A stretch of 64,000 nt of DNA, taken from positions 12,548 to 76,547 of the forward strand of contig JAOAHF010000010.1 of the NCBI GenBank assembly GCA_026415355.1, given 5' to 3'. The notes under the pieces are model-generated. The model made no database searches. It saw only the letters and a program-made list of their open reading frames with translations, and was not told where the DNA came from. Every line of letters begins with the position of its first letter. Within the stretch, counting starts at the first letter, position 1. A program made the position numbers and the translations under genes. Shown in pieces: positions 9,605 to 19,939 of this stretch. This DNA is from Brevinematales bacterium (GTDB lineage: Bacteria; Spirochaetota; Brevinematia; DTOW01).

Positions 9605-10840
9605 TTGATGTTTAATTTTTTAATATTATTAGACAAAAGTATGGATAGGGGAGATGTTATTACAATCAAAATATTAGATATAGAAAAAGAAGGTTTATGT
9701 AGAGGTGTTTCTGATAAAGATGTTGAGGTTTTTACAAGGTATGCTATACCCGGTGAAATTGTTAATGTAAAGATTTTTAAGTTTTCTCCTATATATGGGG
9801 ATATTGTAAGTATATTAAAGCCGTCTGAGGAAAGAGTGGATCCAGGATGTAAATTTTTTGGAAATTGTGGTGGGTGTGATTTACAAATGCTCCCATACCA
9901 GAAACAGCTTGAGTATAAAAAGTCTCTTCTTATTAAAGAATTTTCGACTCTTCCATACTTTAATATTGAAATCATAGAGGATGTGGTTCCATCACCTAAG
10001 GAGTATAATTATAGAAACAGCGTTATGTTTAGAGTAAATCCTAAACATAAAAAAATAGGTTTTCTTAGAAGAGATACCAACATAGTAGTTGATATTGATG
10101 AGTGTAAAATTGCTTCTGAGGAAATCAACTATGCTCTTAAAAAAATAAGGCAACAGGAAAATTTTCCGCCGCATGTGTTTAAAGTTAGATCAACTTCGGA
10201 TGGAGATATTGTTGTAAATCAAATAAAAACACAGAATTTTGAGGATAGAGATGTTTTTGAAACTGTTATTGTTGATGGTTTGTCTTACAAGTTTAGAATT
10301 TCTAGAGAAAGTTTCTTCCAGGTTAATAACTATGTTATACCTATTTGGCTTAAGAAGATTAGAGAGTTAGTTTTAGAGAACTTGGAGGATAGGAGTTTGG
10401 TACTTGATTTGTACTGTGGAGTTGGTCTGATAACTTTTTTTGTAAGTGATTTATTCGACAGAGTTATAGGTGTTGAAATTAGTAAGCGAGCTGTTGAGGA
10501 TGCAATTTTCAATATAACTCTTAACAATATAAAGAATGTAGAGATTATAAGAGGAGAAGTAAGTAAGGTAATTCCAATAGTTAACTTGATTCCGGAATTT
10601 ATCATAGTTGATCCCTCTAGGGAGGGTATTGATAGTGACACTATGAATTTTATAATATCATACTACAAGCAAAAGGGTAAACCTAGAAAGATATTGTACT
10701 CGTCTTGTAATTATGAAACGCAGGTTAGAGATATAAGAAAGCTATATGAGTATGGATTTAGAGTTAAGAAAGTTGTACCATTTGATATGTTTCCACAGAC
10801 ACATCATGTGGAGGTTTTGGCCTACATTGAAGTTGTTTAG
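9605..10840 (+). CDS. rlmD: RNA (uracil-C5)-methyltransferase, RlmD/TrmA family with TRAM domain (likely start ATG 9641)
   Basis: CKFFGNCGGCDLQ Fe-S motif, DLYCGVG SAM motif, YSSCN catalytic Cys, DMFPQTHHVE. Confidence 0.85.
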   Translation: MMFNFLILLDKSMDRGDVITIKILDIEKEGLCRGVSDKDVEVFTRYAIPGEIVNVKIFKFSPIYGDIVSILKPSEERVDPGCKFFGNCGGCDLQMLPYQKQLEYKKSLLIKEFSTLPYFNIEIIEDVVPSPKEYNYRNSVMFRVNPKHKKIGFLRRDTNIVVDIDECKIASEEINYALKKIRQQENFPPHVFKVRSTSDGDIVVNQIKTQNFEDRDVFETVIVDGLSYKFRISRESFFQVNNYVIPIWLKKIRELVLENLEDRSLVLDLYCGVGLITFFVSDLFDRVIGVEISKRAVEDAIFNITLNNIKNVEIIRGEVSKVIPIVNLIPEFIIVDPSREGIDSDTMNFIISYYKQKGKPRKILYSSCNYETQVRDIRKLYEYGFRVKKVVPFDMFPQTHHVEVLAYIEVV

Positions 10841-10925
10841 ATAACTTGATTTATGTGATAGAAAACTCACCTATAGTGAAGATATAGCTTTGTTTAGATT
10901 TTTGTTATTTGACGGTTGGTTTAGT

Positions 10926-12284
10926 TTATACTTTCATTATTCTGTATATTACTATTCCTGCGATAATTAAGATTGAGTTAATTTTCACAAGGTTTGCTGT
11001 TAAAAGGTCAAGCATGCCCTTTTGGATATAATTATCTCTAAAAGCCCATTTAATGTTGTTTATGGCTAGTGGTAATGAGAATAGTCCTATTAATGTCCAT
11101 ATGGGTAAGAATCCCAGTATTATAGCAATTAACAGAGAGAGGTAAGATGATATTACTAAAAATGCATAGTAGTATTTTGATAATTCTTGTCCTAGTATTC
11201 CCGCAAATGTTCTATATCCTGAATTTAAGTCATCTTGTATGTCTCTCATATTGTTACCATGAAGTATTGCTACTACTAGTAAAGATATTGGTAAGAAACT
11301 TACTATTACTGAAAGGTTTAGTATGGTAGTTTGTACGAAATATGATCCGAAAAATATACCGCTCCAAGCTATAAATACTGCTATATCTCCGAGTCCGACG
11401 TATTTAAATCCAAATCCTATGAATGTATAGAATAATCCTAGTATTCCACCTATTAAGACTAGGTATAAAAATGTAGTGTTGAATCCTATGAGATACCATA
11501 TTATACTACCTATAACTAAAGCAGAAAATATAAGTGTTATCCCTACTAGTAATACTTCTTTAGGTTTGAGTAGTCCTTCAACTAATACTCTACTTGATCC
11601 TAGGGTTTTCCAGTTATCAGCACCTTTCTTATAATCAAAGTAATCAGATATAGCGTTGACGCCTAAGTGAACTAGCATAGCACTTATGAGTGTTAGAGAA
11701 AACTTTATTATATCGATTACAGGAGCAAGTAGTGTTCCCATTACGACTGCACTTATAGTTGCTACCAAAGACCATGGTCTGGTTGATTGTATTACATATT
11801 TTAATTTAGGTTCACTTGACATTTCTTTTGCTATTTTTTCTCTTGTATAATCGTCGACATCTACTTCAAATCTAGGTTTCCATCCTTCTTGAAAATAGCT
11901 TACATAAAGTTTGCTTAATTTTATCTTGACTACTGCTGTATTAGGATTAGATTTTAGAAACGGCACTATGGAAAAATTTTTGCTGGTTATTATACTTCTT
12001 TCAGGTGTTTTGTCAGTGTCTCCTAAAATTTCTGCTATCCCTATCCCTTGTATGAATGCTGATGGATCATTTTTTTCAATCACAAAAAATACTTCTGGGT
12101 TCTCAATTATGTTTTTGAAAGTATGTCCATCTTTTTCTAGTATGACGTATATATTGCCATTTTTTTCGCCATAGTAGACCTTAGTTGACCATACATTGCC
12201 TTTGCTGTTTTTAGTTGTTAAAGTTATAGTGTTGTTTTGTTTTAATATTTTAGTTATCGCTGATATCTTATCTTTATCTGTCAT
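10926..12284 (-). CDS. UbiA/MenA-family prenyltransferase fused to an N-terminal pyridoxamine-5'-phosphate-oxidase-like split-barrel domain
   Basis: C-terminal ~290 aa: TRPWSL, NAISDYFDYKKGAD, NNMRDIQDDLNSGYRT, many TMs (MenA-like). N-terminal ~140 aa: TITLTT...STKVYY...HTFKNIIENPEV...IQGIG (PNPOx-like pattern). SD AGGAG. Confidence 0.8.
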   Translation of the reverse strand: MTDKDKISAITKILKQNNTITLTTKNSKGNVWSTKVYYGEKNGNIYVILEKDGHTFKNIIENPEVFFVIEKNDPSAFIQGIGIAEILGDTDKTPERSIITSKNFSIVPFLKSNPNTAVVKIKLSKLYVSYFQEGWKPRFEVDVDDYTREKIAKEMSSEPKLKYVIQSTRPWSLVATISAVVMGTLLAPVIDIIKFSLTLISAMLVHLGVNAISDYFDYKKGADNWKTLGSSRVLVEGLLKPKEVLLVGITLIFSALVIGSIIWYLIGFNTTFLYLVLIGGILGLFYTFIGFGFKYVGLGDIAVFIAWSGIFFGSYFVQTTILNLSVIVSFLPISLLVVAILHGNNMRDIQDDLNSGYRTFAGILGQELSKYYYAFLVISSYLSLLIAIILGFLPIWTLIGLFSLPLAINNIKWAFRDNYIQKGMLDLLTANLVKINSILIIAGIVIYRIMKV

Positions 12285-12338
12285 AGATTTGTACTCCTTG
12301 TTTTGCGTAGTTATTCTATGTATTTTTGATTAGGCTTT

Positions 12339-13667
12339 TCAAATTTGTGTATTTTCTTCTAGTATTGCTTCTTCTTTAGAAGCTGAGGTTTTTGGTTCTT
12401 TTGATAGTAGTAACATAATTGATAATGATACCATTAAGAAAGTTCCTGCTACAAGGTCAACTATTATTATCTCTATGAATGTGTTGTGAAACATTATAAA
12501 TCCTGTTATTAGTATAAAATCAGTTATAGCAAGTGGTATTAAGAAATACCAGTTTTTGAATACAATGCTATAGTTTATCAACAGAAATGAAATTCCGAGA
12601 GGTATGACAGCTAATGTGAATAGAGTTAATATGCTTTTTGCTTCTAGGTATCTTTCGCCGAATATCTTGAGTATTATATCTCCAAATAGTGCTATGAAAA
12701 TAAGATATAGTATACTTGCGAGAAGAGATAGAATTATGCCTTTGAATAAAGCCATAATACTTGCTTTGTAGCCTTTTGTGTTAAGGTCTTCTATCATTCT
12801 AGGGAGTACAACATAAGAAATTGGTATTATCACAAATAAATTTGCTTTTGCTATTGTTGATGCTATTGCGAATATGTCGGTATCTGCTTCATTAAAGTAC
12901 CTTCTCGAGAATATAACATCTCCAAAATTTAAGATGCTATAAAACATATTTATAAGTACTATTGGTATGAGTGGTATAAAGTAGGATAATTTTATTCTGA
13001 ATTGACCGTTATCAGTAGATATTTCTCTATATTCTTTGTTTAGGATGAGTATCAGAGATGATGCAATGAATGATAATACAGATCCTACAAGCATAGATGC
13101 AGTTGCTCCTGTGTATCCATTCCAGACTAGTATGTATGGGTAAGTCAGTATGAATCTGGTGAAAGGATATAGAAAAGATACTATTCCTAGAAGAAGAAAT
13201 ATCTTTAAGGATTGAAATAGGGATGATGTTATACTATTTAGATAAGAAAGTATAATTACCATTGTGGCCATGATGAATGGTAAGAAATCAATGTTCATAA
13301 ATGCTGTTATGTACTGATAGAATGGGTATGCTGATAGGAATAAGAGAGATAGTAAAATAAAGGAATAGAGTGCAAATTTGTAAGATATGTTTACTGCTTT
13401 TTTAACTTGCCCTTTTGATATAAGTTCTGATGTTTCTCTTACATTGAACATTCGGAATGCTATTGCTATTGTTGAGAGTATATTTATGAAAGAGTTTATT
13501 GACATTACAGCTCCATATTGGCCTGGTGGTAGAGTTCTTGTGTAGATTATGTTTACAAGGAATGCTACCAAGTTTCCTAAGACTGTGAAGAATGTTAGTA
13601 CTGCAGAATCGAAATAGAATCTATCGGACTTTATTTTGTTTATTGTTTTGTTTATTAATGATATCAT
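12339..13667 (-). CDS. MOP-superfamily oligosaccharide flippase (Wzx-like)
   Basis: About 12 TMs; IIYTRTLPPGQYG, FAIASTIAK, YVVLPRM, IFGERYLEA patterns. Confidence 0.75.
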   Translation of the reverse strand: MISLINKTINKIKSDRFYFDSAVLTFFTVLGNLVAFLVNIIYTRTLPPGQYGAVMSINSFINILSTIAIAFRMFNVRETSELISKGQVKKAVNISYKFALYSFILLSLLFLSAYPFYQYITAFMNIDFLPFIMATMVIILSYLNSITSSLFQSLKIFLLLGIVSFLYPFTRFILTYPYILVWNGYTGATASMLVGSVLSFIASSLILILNKEYREISTDNGQFRIKLSYFIPLIPIVLINMFYSILNFGDVIFSRRYFNEADTDIFAIASTIAKANLFVIIPISYVVLPRMIEDLNTKGYKASIMALFKGIILSLLASILYLIFIALFGDIILKIFGERYLEAKSILTLFTLAVIPLGISFLLINYSIVFKNWYFLIPLAITDFILITGFIMFHNTFIEIIIVDLVAGTFLMVSLSIMLLLSKEPKTSASKEEAILEENTQI

Positions 13668-14105
13668 TTAAATCCCCGTAGATCCGAAACCACCTGTACC
13701 TCTAGACGTTTGTGATAATTCATCTACGACTTTTATACTGACCCTTTCAAATTTTGATATAACCATCTGTGCTATTCTCATTCCGTTTTTGACTATAAAA
13801 GGTTCTTTTCCTAAGTTCATAAGTATTACTATGATTTCACCTCTATAGTCTGGATCGATGGTTCCAGGTGTATTTGGTAGCGTTAGTCCATAGTTTAGTG
13901 CTAGTCCACTTCTTGGCCTTATTTGTGCTTCATATCCATCTGGTAGTTCTATTGATATTCCTGTTGGTATACTTTTTATTTCTCCAGGGTTTATAACAAT
14001 GTCTTCATCTATACAGGCATATAGATCAAGACCTGCTGAGCTTTCTGTTTGATACTTTGGAAGAGTTGAGTTTTTTCTTAGGATTTTTACCTTTAGTTCT
14101 ATCAT
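13668..14105 (-). CDS. dut: dUTP diphosphatase
   Basis: [32 protein letters not shown] motifs. Confidence 0.97.
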   Translation of the reverse strand: MIELKVKILRKNSTLPKYQTESSAGLDLYACIDEDIVINPGEIKSIPTGISIELPDGYEAQIRPRSGLALNYGLTLPNTPGTIDPDYRGEIIVILMNLGKEPFIVKNGMRIAQMVISKFERVSIKVVDELSQTSRGTGGFGSTGI

Positions 14106-14292
14106 GACAATGAATGATAATTTTTGAATTCTCCTGATTTCAAGAAATTTTAATAAGGTCTAAGAGTTTTTCAGGAGTGATTTTCTATTAGAGATTTGTA
14201 TTTTCTACTTCGTGTAGAAGCTTTATATTTCTTCCTATTGTCGAATTGTTGAAATTTTGTTTAGTGTAAATTACTGTATTTGGTGAGATAAT

Positions 14293-14321
14293 TTGAAATA
14301 ACAACAATATTTTAGTATAAT
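14293..14321 (+). promoter_or_regulatory. Sigma70-type promoter for trpGD
   Basis: TTGAAA-17 nt-TATAAT, 8 nt before ATG 14330, no SD. Confidence 0.6.
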
Positions 14322-14329
14322 TTGCTACT

Positions 14330-15913
14330 ATGATAGTGTTTATAGATAATTATGACTCATTTGTGTATAACCTTGTTCAATATGTAGGTGCGATATATCC
14401 TAATGTGAAAGTTTTTAGAAATGATGAAATTAGTGTTGAAGATATAAAGAGAATGTCACCTTCTGGTATAATAATTTCTCCAGGGCCTGGTTGGCCAAAG
14501 GATGCAGGTATATCTGAAGAACTTATAAGAGAGTTTTATGACAAGGTACCAATACTTGGTGTTTGTCTTGGACATCAGGCAATAGGTGAGGTGTTCGGTG
14601 GTAGAATAATTCATGCCAAAAGAATTATGCATGGTAAAACATCAGTCATAGTTCATAACCAAAAGGATATATTTAAGGATCTTCCTGTTCCATTAAAGGC
14701 TACGAGATACCATTCTCTTGTTATAGATCCTTCTTCTTTGCCCGAGGAATTAGAAGTTATCTCGAAGAGTGAAGATGAGGAAATAATGGGAGTGAAGCAC
14801 AAAACCTACCCTGTATTTGGTGTTCAGTTTCATCCTGAGTCAATAGCAACAGAGTATGGAATGAAGATGATAAAGAATTTCATTGATATTATAAAACCTA
14901 CCATAAACATTTCTTTGTTTATAAATAAGATCAGTTCAAGACAGGATCTCTCTGATGAAGAAGCTAGTATAGTTTCAGATAGAATAATAAAGGGAGAAAT
15001 ATCTCCTACTGTAACTTCTGCTATTTTACTCGGTATGAGGGTAAAAGGCGAAAGTGTTAGTGAAATTTACGGTTTTGCTAAAAGTATGCTTGATAATGCT
15101 ATTAAGATAAACATAGATGGTGTTTCTATTGATAACTGTGGTACTGGAGGAGATGGTAAGCATACTATTAATATATCAACTATATCTTCTTTTGTCATAG
15201 CAGGTGCTGGTGATATAAAAGTTCCAAAGCACGGTAATAGAGCAGTTTCGAGTAAGGTTGGAAGTGCTGATTTACTTGAAGGTCTCGGAGCTAAAATAGA
15301 TATACCGCCGGACAAAATGGAAAAAATTATAAATGACATAGGTGTTGGTTTTCTTTTTGCTCCTATTTATCATCCAAGTATGAAAAATGTTGCACCTGTG
15401 AGAAAAGAGTTGGGAATTAGAACTATATTCAATATCCTTGGCCCTATAGTCAATCCTGCAAGACCTAAATATCAGTTAATTGGTGTCTTTGATGAAAAGT
15501 TGTTGAAAATTCTACCAGAAGTTTTAGCAAAGTTAGGTGTAGAAAGAGCTTTCGTAGTGCATAGTGAAGACGGCCTTGATGAGGTTTCACCTTCTGTTCC
15601 TACCAGGGTAGCATATTTATCAAATGGAAATGTAAAATATTTCAGAATAAAGCCTCAAGATTTTGGTTTTGATCCCATACCTATTAGTGAAATGTTTGGT
15701 GGGGATATTGAGTACAATAAGAAAATTTGCATTGATATTCTCAGTGATAAAGATATACCGCAGAAAAGTGCCATAATAATGAATGCTTCATTAGGTATAC
15801 TTGTATCAGGTTTGGCTAAAAATCTTTCTCAAGCAGTTGAAATGGCTAAAAAATCGATATCTTCTGGTAAAGCATTGGAAAAACTACAGAAATTCATTCA
15901 GTCAACATTGTAG
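14330..15913 (+). CDS. trpGD: Bifunctional anthranilate synthase component II / anthranilate phosphoribosyltransferase (TrpG-TrpD fusion)
   Basis: IDNYDSF, GVCLGHQ, QFHPES, then NCGTGGDG..NIST, KHGNRAVSSKVGSADLLE, GLDEV. Confidence 0.93.
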   Translation: MIVFIDNYDSFVYNLVQYVGAIYPNVKVFRNDEISVEDIKRMSPSGIIISPGPGWPKDAGISEELIREFYDKVPILGVCLGHQAIGEVFGGRIIHAKRIMHGKTSVIVHNQKDIFKDLPVPLKATRYHSLVIDPSSLPEELEVISKSEDEEIMGVKHKTYPVFGVQFHPESIATEYGMKMIKNFIDIIKPTINISLFINKISSRQDLSDEEASIVSDRIIKGEISPTVTSAILLGMRVKGESVSEIYGFAKSMLDNAIKINIDGVSIDNCGTGGDGKHTINISTISSFVIAGAGDIKVPKHGNRAVSSKVGSADLLEGLGAKIDIPPDKMEKIINDIGVGFLFAPIYHPSMKNVAPVRKELGIRTIFNILGPIVNPARPKYQLIGVFDEKLLKILPEVLAKLGVERAFVVHSEDGLDEVSPSVPTRVAYLSNGNVKYFRIKPQDFGFDPIPISEMFGGDIEYNKKICIDILSDKDIPQKSAIIMNASLGILVSGLAKNLSQAVEMAKKSISSGKALEKLQKFIQSTL

Positions 15914-16101
15914 ATTAGGAGAAATAATATGAAAATTCTTTTGTAGAAATAGAAACACAGACTATTCTATCAGGTTTGATTGGTAGTTGTAGATTAGTTA
16001 AACTAAGGAATACACGTTTTTTGTTTTTAGTTTTGTATTTAATTAGGTTATAATGATTGTTGTAATTTAAACAGTAGTGTATTGGATAAGGAGGTTGATT
16101 T

Positions 16102-16572
16102 ATGTATAGGGTAGGGCAAGGATTTGATATACACAAACTAGTTGAAGGTAAGAGACTGATTTTAGGAGGGGTTGAAATTCCTAATGATAAAGGTTCTTTA
16201 GCACATTCCGATGGAGATGTTTTACTTCATTCCATCACAGATGCTCTTCTTGGAGCAATAGGTGAAAGAGATATAGGTTATCATTTTCCAGATACATCGC
16301 CAAAAACGAAGGATATTGGTAGTAGTATTATACTTTTAAAGATAGTGGATATGGTCAAGTCAAAAGGTTATTCGATAGTCAATTTGGATTCAACCATAAT
16401 AGCAAACAAACCTAAATTACAACCATATGTACCTAAAATTAGAGAAAACATTTCAAAGCTTTTGGAGATAAGTCAAGACAATGTCTCTATAAAGGCTAAA
16501 ACTACAGAAGGATTCTTTTTTAGAGATGATGGGTTGATGGTTTTTTCTGTAGTACTTTTGACTAAATTCTGA
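16102..16572 (+). CDS. ispF: 2-C-methyl-D-erythritol 2,4-cyclodiphosphate synthase
   Basis: RVGQGFDIH, HSDGDVLLHSITDALLGA, DIGYHFPDT, IKAKTTE. Confidence 0.96.
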   Translation: MYRVGQGFDIHKLVEGKRLILGGVEIPNDKGSLAHSDGDVLLHSITDALLGAIGERDIGYHFPDTSPKTKDIGSSIILLKIVDMVKSKGYSIVNLDSTIIANKPKLQPYVPKIRENISKLLEISQDNVSIKAKTTEGFFFRDDGLMVFSVVLLTKF

Positions 16573-16736
16573 CACATTTTTGTTTTGATCATACGGGTAT
16601 CCTTTGATTTGTTATCTCAAATATGAATTAACTATGTAATTACTTATGAATTTTGTGAAAACAAAAATTAGCTTTTGGATTTGTTTTTAGTATATAGCTT
16701 AGCTTGTTATATATTTTGATAGTTTTTATGGATTAA

Positions 16737-18038
16737 TTATTCATTCCTCAATATTTCTGAAGGTTTGAGTTTTGAAGCTCGTAGTGCTGGGAATAACCCT
16801 GCTAGTATGGATACACTGGTTGCAAAAACTGAAATTAGGAATAGATCTAGAAATTCTACTTTAGTTGGGAATGATTTTATGTAATAGACGTTACTTTTGA
16901 AAAACTCAAATTTTTCGGGATAACTTACGTAAGGATTTATCATTTTTGCTACAGGATAGGAGAGATTAAAGATTATGAAATTTACGAAGTTTTCTATTCC
17001 TAAAGTTATTGCTTCTAGATTTATTGAGATTAAGACTCCGATTAAAAGTCCTACAATGCTTCCGAATACTCCGAGTAGAGCTCCTGCTATTACGAATATA
17101 TTTAGTATATCTATATTTCTCATACCAATTGCTTTTAGTATAGCTATTTCTGATTTTTTGTCGAGTGCTAGTGACATCATAGTTCCTATTATACCAAATG
17201 ACACGACAGTAAAGAAGAGAAATAATATTAACATCATGACAGTTTTTTGATTGTACATAGCCTCAAACAGGTTTCGATTTGTGTCTTGCCAAGTTAATAC
17301 AATAAACTCTCCTGAGAATTTATTTAGAATTTGGTATTTATATTCTTTGACTTTTTCAACATCATCAACCATTACGCTTATTCCGTAAGCAAGTTTACCT
17401 ACCTTAAAAATAGACTGAGCATCTTCTATTAGCACAGCAGATAATATGTTATCATAATCACCGTATCCTGTTGAGAATATACCTTTGACGATGAAAGTTC
17501 TAATTCTGGGTAGTTCTCCCTCTAATGGTGGTTTTACTATGACTTCGATTTCAGATCCTACTGTTGCTCTTAAATTATAGGCGATTGTTTCAGCTAGTAA
17601 TATTTCCCCTCTTTTGAGTTCATAACTTCCTTTGAGTAGTTTAAAGTGTTTTTGGTATCTTTTTATAGTATTGGTAGTTATACCCATGATTAATGTTCCG
17701 TGTATGTTGTCCCCCCATTTTCTGAGTAATCCTTGTCCTTCGTAGTATGGATCGGCGTCTACAACCCAGGGAAAAATTTTTTTTATTTCATTCGCAAAGA
17801 AATCATAATCTTTTATTCCTAATCCTCTACCTATAACAGATATATGAGATTCTTTGCCTATCATTTTTTCTTTCAAGTCTTCTCTAAAACCGTTTGTGAT
17901 GGATAGCACTACTACTGATGTTGCTACACCTACCGTTATTGACAGAAAAGCAACTAAAGCTATTTTAGATATTACATCCTTTCCAGATAGATTTATATAC
18001 CTTGTTGCTATAAAAAGTACGACTTTTTTGACTATCAT
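16737..18038 (-). CDS. Lipoprotein-releasing ABC permease (LolC/LolE family)
   Basis: SITVGVATSVVVLSITNGF, EIAILKAIG, FKSNVYYIKSFP, PALRASKLKPSEILRNE. Confidence 0.85.
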   Translation of the reverse strand: MIVKKVVLFIATRYINLSGKDVISKIALVAFLSITVGVATSVVVLSITNGFREDLKEKMIGKESHISVIGRGLGIKDYDFFANEIKKIFPWVVDADPYYEGQGLLRKWGDNIHGTLIMGITTNTIKRYQKHFKLLKGSYELKRGEILLAETIAYNLRATVGSEIEVIVKPPLEGELPRIRTFIVKGIFSTGYGDYDNILSAVLIEDAQSIFKVGKLAYGISVMVDDVEKVKEYKYQILNKFSGEFIVLTWQDTNRNLFEAMYNQKTVMMLILFLFFTVVSFGIIGTMMSLALDKKSEIAILKAIGMRNIDILNIFVIAGALLGVFGSIVGLLIGVLISINLEAITLGIENFVNFIIFNLSYPVAKMINPYVSYPEKFEFFKSNVYYIKSFPTKVEFLDLFLISVFATSVSILAGLFPALRASKLKPSEILRNE

Positions 18039-18601
18039 TTAACTCTCTCTACGTATCTATTTTCCCTTGTATCAACTTTTATTTTATCTCCTATTTGAAC
18101 AAATAGTGGTACTTGTACTACAAGTCCAGTTTCAAGTTTTGCTGGTTTGGATCCTCCGCTAACGGTATCTCCCCTCAGACCAGGATCGGTTTCAGTGACT
18201 TCGAGTTCTATGAAATCTGGTGGTAATATAGTTATAACTCTACCTTCGTGGATATATCCCATAACATTCACATTTTCTTTTATGTATAGCAAAGTATCTC
18301 CAAGCGTGTTTTTTAATATTTCATATTGTTCATATGTTTCGTTATCCATGATTCCGACATTAGTATCGTCAATGTAGATTATACTCATTTCTTTTATCTC
18401 AACATCTGGTTTTTCTATTATTGTGTCTGAGCCAAAAGTTTTTTCAATAAGGTTGCCAGTTTCAATAGACTTGAGTTTTAACCTAGAATTTGCACCACCT
18501 CTACCTAATTTTATATGTTGATTGTCGACAACAAGATAGTATTTACCATCGATGAAAACTATGTTGTTTCTTCTCAAGGATGCTGCTTCAACTCCTGCCA
18601 T
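18035..18601 (-). CDS. efp: Elongation factor P
   Basis: KLGRGGA loop, TDPGLRGDTVSGGSKPAKLETG, VPLFVQIGDKIKVDTR; SD GGAGGAG inside the dnaN 3' end. Confidence 0.95.
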   Translation of the reverse strand: MAGVEAASLRRNNIVFIDGKYYLVVDNQHIKLGRGGANSRLKLKSIETGNLIEKTFGSDTIIEKPDVEIKEMSIIYIDDTNVGIMDNETYEQYEILKNTLGDTLLYIKENVNVMGYIHEGRVITILPPDFIELEVTETDPGLRGDTVSGGSKPAKLETGLVVQVPLFVQIGDKIKVDTRENRYVERVK

Positions 18602-19749
18602 TAGCTCCTCCTTAGGGGCATAACAACGTATATAAATTCTTTTTCGTCTTCAGACCATAGTTTGTTGGCAGATTCGTAATTTGTGAATCCCCAGTAAACT
18701 TCGTTTGCTTCAAGAGACGATAAGTAGTCAAGTATAAATGTGTAGTTAAAATGCAAATAGTCAGGATTTCCAAAATATTTACAGGGTATAACTTCTTTAG
18801 CATAACCTATTATGCTATTTTCAACTTCAATTTTAAGTCTTTCTGCATCAAAGTTAAATGATACTCTGTTTGTTTCTTTATCGACTATTGTTGATACTCT
18901 TTTTATTGCTTCTTCTAGTGACTTCTTGTTTATTATGGCATAGTTACTTAATCCTGTTGGTATGACTGCTTCATAGTTTGGAAAGTTGCCTGATATTACG
19001 GATGATGATATAGTCACAGTTGGTAAAGAAAATACGACATTCCTGACTTGATTATCTTCATCATAGTTAACACCTACATTAATGGGGCCTTCATCACCAA
19101 GCATATCTTCTAATATCTCAAGAGTTTCTGCTGGGACTACAAACTTCGTATTAGTAGTGTCAGTTTCTGATTTGTATGATGATTTAAATATACCCATTCT
19201 TTTTGTATCTGTCGCTACGAAAGTTATATCTCCACTTTCTCTAAGGTCAAATAGTACTCCAGTGAATATAGCCTGTAATGTGTTATCAGATGAGCAGAAT
19301 TTTACTATCTTTTTTGTTACTTTTTTCATATCTGCTTGAGATAAATCAAATTTGTAAGAAGTTTCTATAACTTCAAGTATTTGTTTAGGATATTCTTCAA
19401 TAGGTATGGTTTGAAGAGAGAAATTTATGCTGTCTGTTTCTATTGATATGAGGTTTCCTTCATCTTTTATCGTGATTGTGGTATCTGGTAGTGTTTTCAG
19501 TATTTGCAAAAACTTTTCTCCCAGAACTAGAAATTTGCCTTCGGAATGTACATCTGCTTTTTCTTTAACTCTAACTGTATATTGTTGATTTGCTCCGATT
19601 ATATTTATATCATCTCTAGAAACATCAAAGTATATATGGTTAAGTATTTGGAGGGTTTTGTTGGAGGATGTTGCTTTAACAACAGGTCTTACTATTTTCT
19701 CAAATACTTTTGAAGATATCTCAAACTTCATAATATTGCTCCCCAACAA
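18601..19749 (-). CDS. dnaN: DNA polymerase III beta sliding clamp (likely start ATG 19731)
   Basis: About 376 aa; IFTGVLF, VATDTKRM, SGNFPNYEAVIP, FNYTFILDYL, YVVMPLR. Confidence 0.93.
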   Translation of the reverse strand: MLGSNIMKFEISSKVFEKIVRPVVKATSSNKTLQILNHIYFDVSRDDINIIGANQQYTVRVKEKADVHSEGKFLVLGEKFLQILKTLPDTTITIKDEGNLISIETDSINFSLQTIPIEEYPKQILEVIETSYKFDLSQADMKKVTKKIVKFCSSDNTLQAIFTGVLFDLRESGDITFVATDTKRMGIFKSSYKSETDTTNTKFVVPAETLEILEDMLGDEGPINVGVNYDEDNQVRNVVFSLPTVTISSSVISGNFPNYEAVIPTGLSNYAIINKKSLEEAIKRVSTIVDKETNRVSFNFDAERLKIEVENSIIGYAKEVIPCKYFGNPDYLHFNYTFILDYLSSLEANEVYWGFTNYESANKLWSEDEKEFIYVVMPLRRS

Positions 19750-19939
19750 TCAGAATTCTAAAAAATTTGTTTATACCCTTTCAAAGAAATTAGATCTTCG
19801 AAAATCCTGATAAGAATGTAAATTTTCTCTAGCTGATTACATTCAGATTCTATAACTTATATCATGCACCTATCAATCCAAAGCATTAAGCCAGTAACCT
19901 ATATTTGGGTAAAATAACGTTTTGCAATGAAGATTTATC

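Noticed and set aside
9524-9605. TPP riboswitch before thiH; T-boxes before thrS, tyrS, trpGD, leuB
   Set aside because: The leaders are too short or lack the conserved riboswitch and T-box motifs.
15915-16136. 73-aa minus-strand ORF between trpGD and ispF
   Set aside because: It overlaps the ispF start and SD on the opposite strand; low-complexity composition.
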